A DNA stretch of 64,000 nucleotides from the human T2T-CHM13v2.0 reference genome, Homo sapiens. Below are positions 61,095 to 64,000 of this stretch, one piece after another. Each line of letters begins with the position of its first letter. Position 1 is the first letter of the stretch. A program made the translations under genes and the position numbers. The notes beneath the pieces were generated by a model that saw nothing but the letters and a program-made list of their open reading frames with translations, made no database searches and was not told the origin of the DNA. The stretch lies in the NCBI GenBank assembly GCA_009914755.4, contig CP068257.2, forward strand, positions 32,256,001 through 32,320,000, in the 5' to 3' direction.

Positions 61095-61386
61095 TTTCTT
61101 TTCTTTTGAGAGGAGTCTCGCTGTGTTGCCCAGGCTAGAGTGCAGTGGCACGATCTCGGCTCACTGCAACCTCCACCTCCTGGTTCAAGGGATTCTCCTG
61201 CCTCAGCCTCCCAAATAGCTGGGATTACAGGTGCCTGCTGCCACACCCAGCTAATTTTTGTATTTTTAGTAAAGATGGGATTTCACCATGTTGGTCAGGT
61301 TGGTTTCAAACTCCTGACCTTAAGTGATCCACCTGCCTCGGCCTCCAAAGTGCTGGGATTACAGGCATGAGCCACCACACCCAGCC
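61095..61386 (-). mobile_element. Alu SINE (antisense)
   Basis: (TTTC)n head, then GAGAGGAGTCTCGCTGTGTTGCCCAGGCTAGAGTGCAGTGGCACGATCTCGGC...GGCATGAGCCACCACACCCAGCC. Confidence 0.85.
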
Positions 61387-61700
61387 TGTTTGTCTTTTCT
61401 TTAGTGTTTCTCTGTGGTTTTGGAGTTTTAAGCATTAATCTCACGTTACTTTTGTACTGAGGAAGAATCCCCTCAATAAATATTAATGCTTTCCCCTTCA
61501 GGGACAACATGGTGAGGAGCAGCAAAGAAGAAACGAGATACGTGTGGCTGCTTCATTTACTCATTCATGATTTTTGGTTAGCCTTTGAAAGTTTATTTTT
61601 CAATTTTATTTAGTCTTTTTTTTGTATTCATAAAGGAAAAAAAAAGGGTCTTCAGTGCTTGTGTGAGCCTGGCACTTGGTTTTATGCCCTTGGGCTGTAG

Positions 61701-62036
<336 letters not shown>

Positions 62037-63296
62037 CAAGTGCTGCAGTTCTTACTCTCCAGCTCACAGAAGAGGCAACGAGGAGCCTGTTGAAATGCAG
62101 ATTCTCTCCCAAGAGGCTCTGTGAAGTAGTCCTGGGTGGGGCCAGGAATTTCCTATTTTAAACCAGCTCCTCATGTGATTCTGAGCTATCTGGCACGGGT
62201 CTCTGAGAACCTGTAAATGGGGCTTAAATTGCTCAAAGCCTAAAGACAATGAAAAGTGGCAGAATGTGAAGACCCGGTTTGTTGGTTTCACCCTGGAATC
62301 TCAACTGAGTTCCCCCAGAATGTCCCTGGACCCATGACCCTCAGCTGAAATGTCTTAGTTTAGAATGTGACATGTCTAAGTGGGATGACAATCAAAATAG
62401 ACCCAGCTGGGAAGTTGCCAGCATCCTTGAAGGTTGTTAGATGTGGCAAACACCTTCCTTCCTTCTTTAAGGGTGGTAAGAAAACAACAGCTCAGGAAGT
62501 CATAATAATTCTAACAGCAGCATCTACTTAGCACTGTCTAAGCACTTCATGTTCATTTACTCATGTAATCCTCCCCAAACCTATAGGATGCCTATAGGTA
62601 AAATCATCCCCATTTTACAGATGAGGAAACTGAGGTTTAGAGAGGTGAATGATCTTGCCCAAGACTACATGGCCAATCAGTTAGCTTGCCTCCAAAGACC
62701 CTGGGCTTAACTGCTATATTATCCAACCCCAAACTCTACCAGTGGCCACTGTGCAAATTCTGGCTGTGTGGCTGCCTCCAGGGTTCAAGAATATTGACCA
62801 TTGCCTGGCAGCTTGCTGCTTGGGGGCCCCTGCTGAACATTTTCTGGTGTGAAATCATTATTTAACTTCAACCTTCTAAAACTGTGCCCTTCATGGTCCC
62901 AGCTAGCACAAAGGTAAAAACACTTGATAAAACGCATAAAACACAGCCAGCAGCGTATTTCCAAATCACGTTGTAAGCCAGGCAGCGTTCTCTTGAAACA
63001 TACATCCTTGGGGGCAAAGCAGTTAAGAGAGGTTCCACTGCAGTGTGTGGACTGGGGTGTTCACTGAACCAGACAAAGCTGGGGGTTTTGGGATGCCAGA
63101 GGCCTGTAGTGGGAACAGCTAGGGGAGGACTGCAGCCAATCTGGATAGTGGCAACAGGACAGGGAAATTGACTCTAGTTTTTGCTCAGTAGCAAAACTGT
63201 TTTGAAAGAGAATCTCTCCTCTACCTCACCCCCAGGCATGTTTTTTAAGTCTTTAAAAAATACTGTTAAAGCAAACTATATATGGATATGGCCTGA

Positions 63297-63671
<375 letters not shown>

Positions 63672-63958
63672 TAACTTTGAAACAGATTGAAACCCTAATT
63701 TAGGATTATGACAAGATTGAAATCCTAATTGAGGAGTATGCAGCTGTAACAATTGCCGAGTCTTGGCCAATCCCAGCAGCCTTACTTCAACCGCTCATAC
63801 ACTGCTGAGTGTTCACACTCTGTTCAAATAAGGCAAACGCCGAGCTGTAACCGATCCAGCTGTTTCAGAATCTCACCTCCGATTTCTGTACGTCACTTCC
63901 TTTTTTTTTTTTTTTTTTTTTATAAATTTGTTCAGACCCGAGTCATCCCTGGAGTCTC

Positions 63959-63992
63959 ACACTTGATCTTAGCCAAAAGGCCGAGAAGCGAT
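63959..63992 (-). ncRNA. U2 snRNA 5'-end fragment (nt 1-34), probably part of a retro-inserted chimera or pseudogene; truncated by the window edge
   Basis: The minus strand reads ATCGCTTCTCGGCCTTTTGGCTAAGATCAAGTGT, identical to the first 34 nt of U2 snRNA as I recall it. It is followed by 37 nt of non-U2 sequence and a 21-nt poly(A) (poly-T at 63901-63921 on +). Confidence 0.45.
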
Positions 63993-64000
63993 CATCCCTG

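Overview
This window is human genomic DNA, not a prokaryotic or accessory locus. I recognise it as the chr21q22.11 ITSN1–ATP5PO region, and I found no novel system in it.

On the + strand it carries the last seven coding exons of intersectin-1 (ITSN1, long isoform). They encode the end of the DH domain, the PH domain and the C-terminal C2 domain, and the frame runs across all splice junctions to a TAG stop at 14000-14002. Positions 1-1148 are ITSN1 intron.

The complete 7-exon ATP5PO gene (ATP synthase OSCP subunit, 213 aa) lies on the - strand in convergent (tail-to-tail) orientation, with ATG at 41475..41473 and stop at 29232..29230. Its CpG-island promoter lies at about 41100-41720. A consensus 5' splice donor on the opposite strand just upstream suggests a divergent, probably non-coding, transcript.

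The 14003-29150 interval between the ITSN1 stop and the ATP5PO 3' end looks like a very long AT-rich ITSN1 3'UTR. A candidate AATAAA sits at 25545-25550.

The rest is repeat landscape:
- about 44 Alu SINEs, with a strong antisense bias in the distal 27 kb;
- one full-length L1PA-type LINE (about 51290-57317, - strand) with an intact 338-aa ORF1, a fragmented ORF2 and a 13-bp target-site duplication;
- a MADE1/Hsmar1-like terminal-repeat fragment;
- several microsatellites and minisatellites, including a 240-bp polypyrimidine tract, a roughly 350-bp (TGTGCG)n-like purine/pyrimidine tract, a 35-bp x3 tandem and an intronic roughly 45-bp degenerate minisatellite;
- a locally triplicated roughly 110-bp segment associated with Alus;
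- a 34-nt U2-snRNA 5'-end fragment fused to an A-tail, cut by the window edge.

All coordinates were read by eye from the supplied text, so exon boundaries may be off by 1 nt. Repeat boundaries are good to about +-15 bp.
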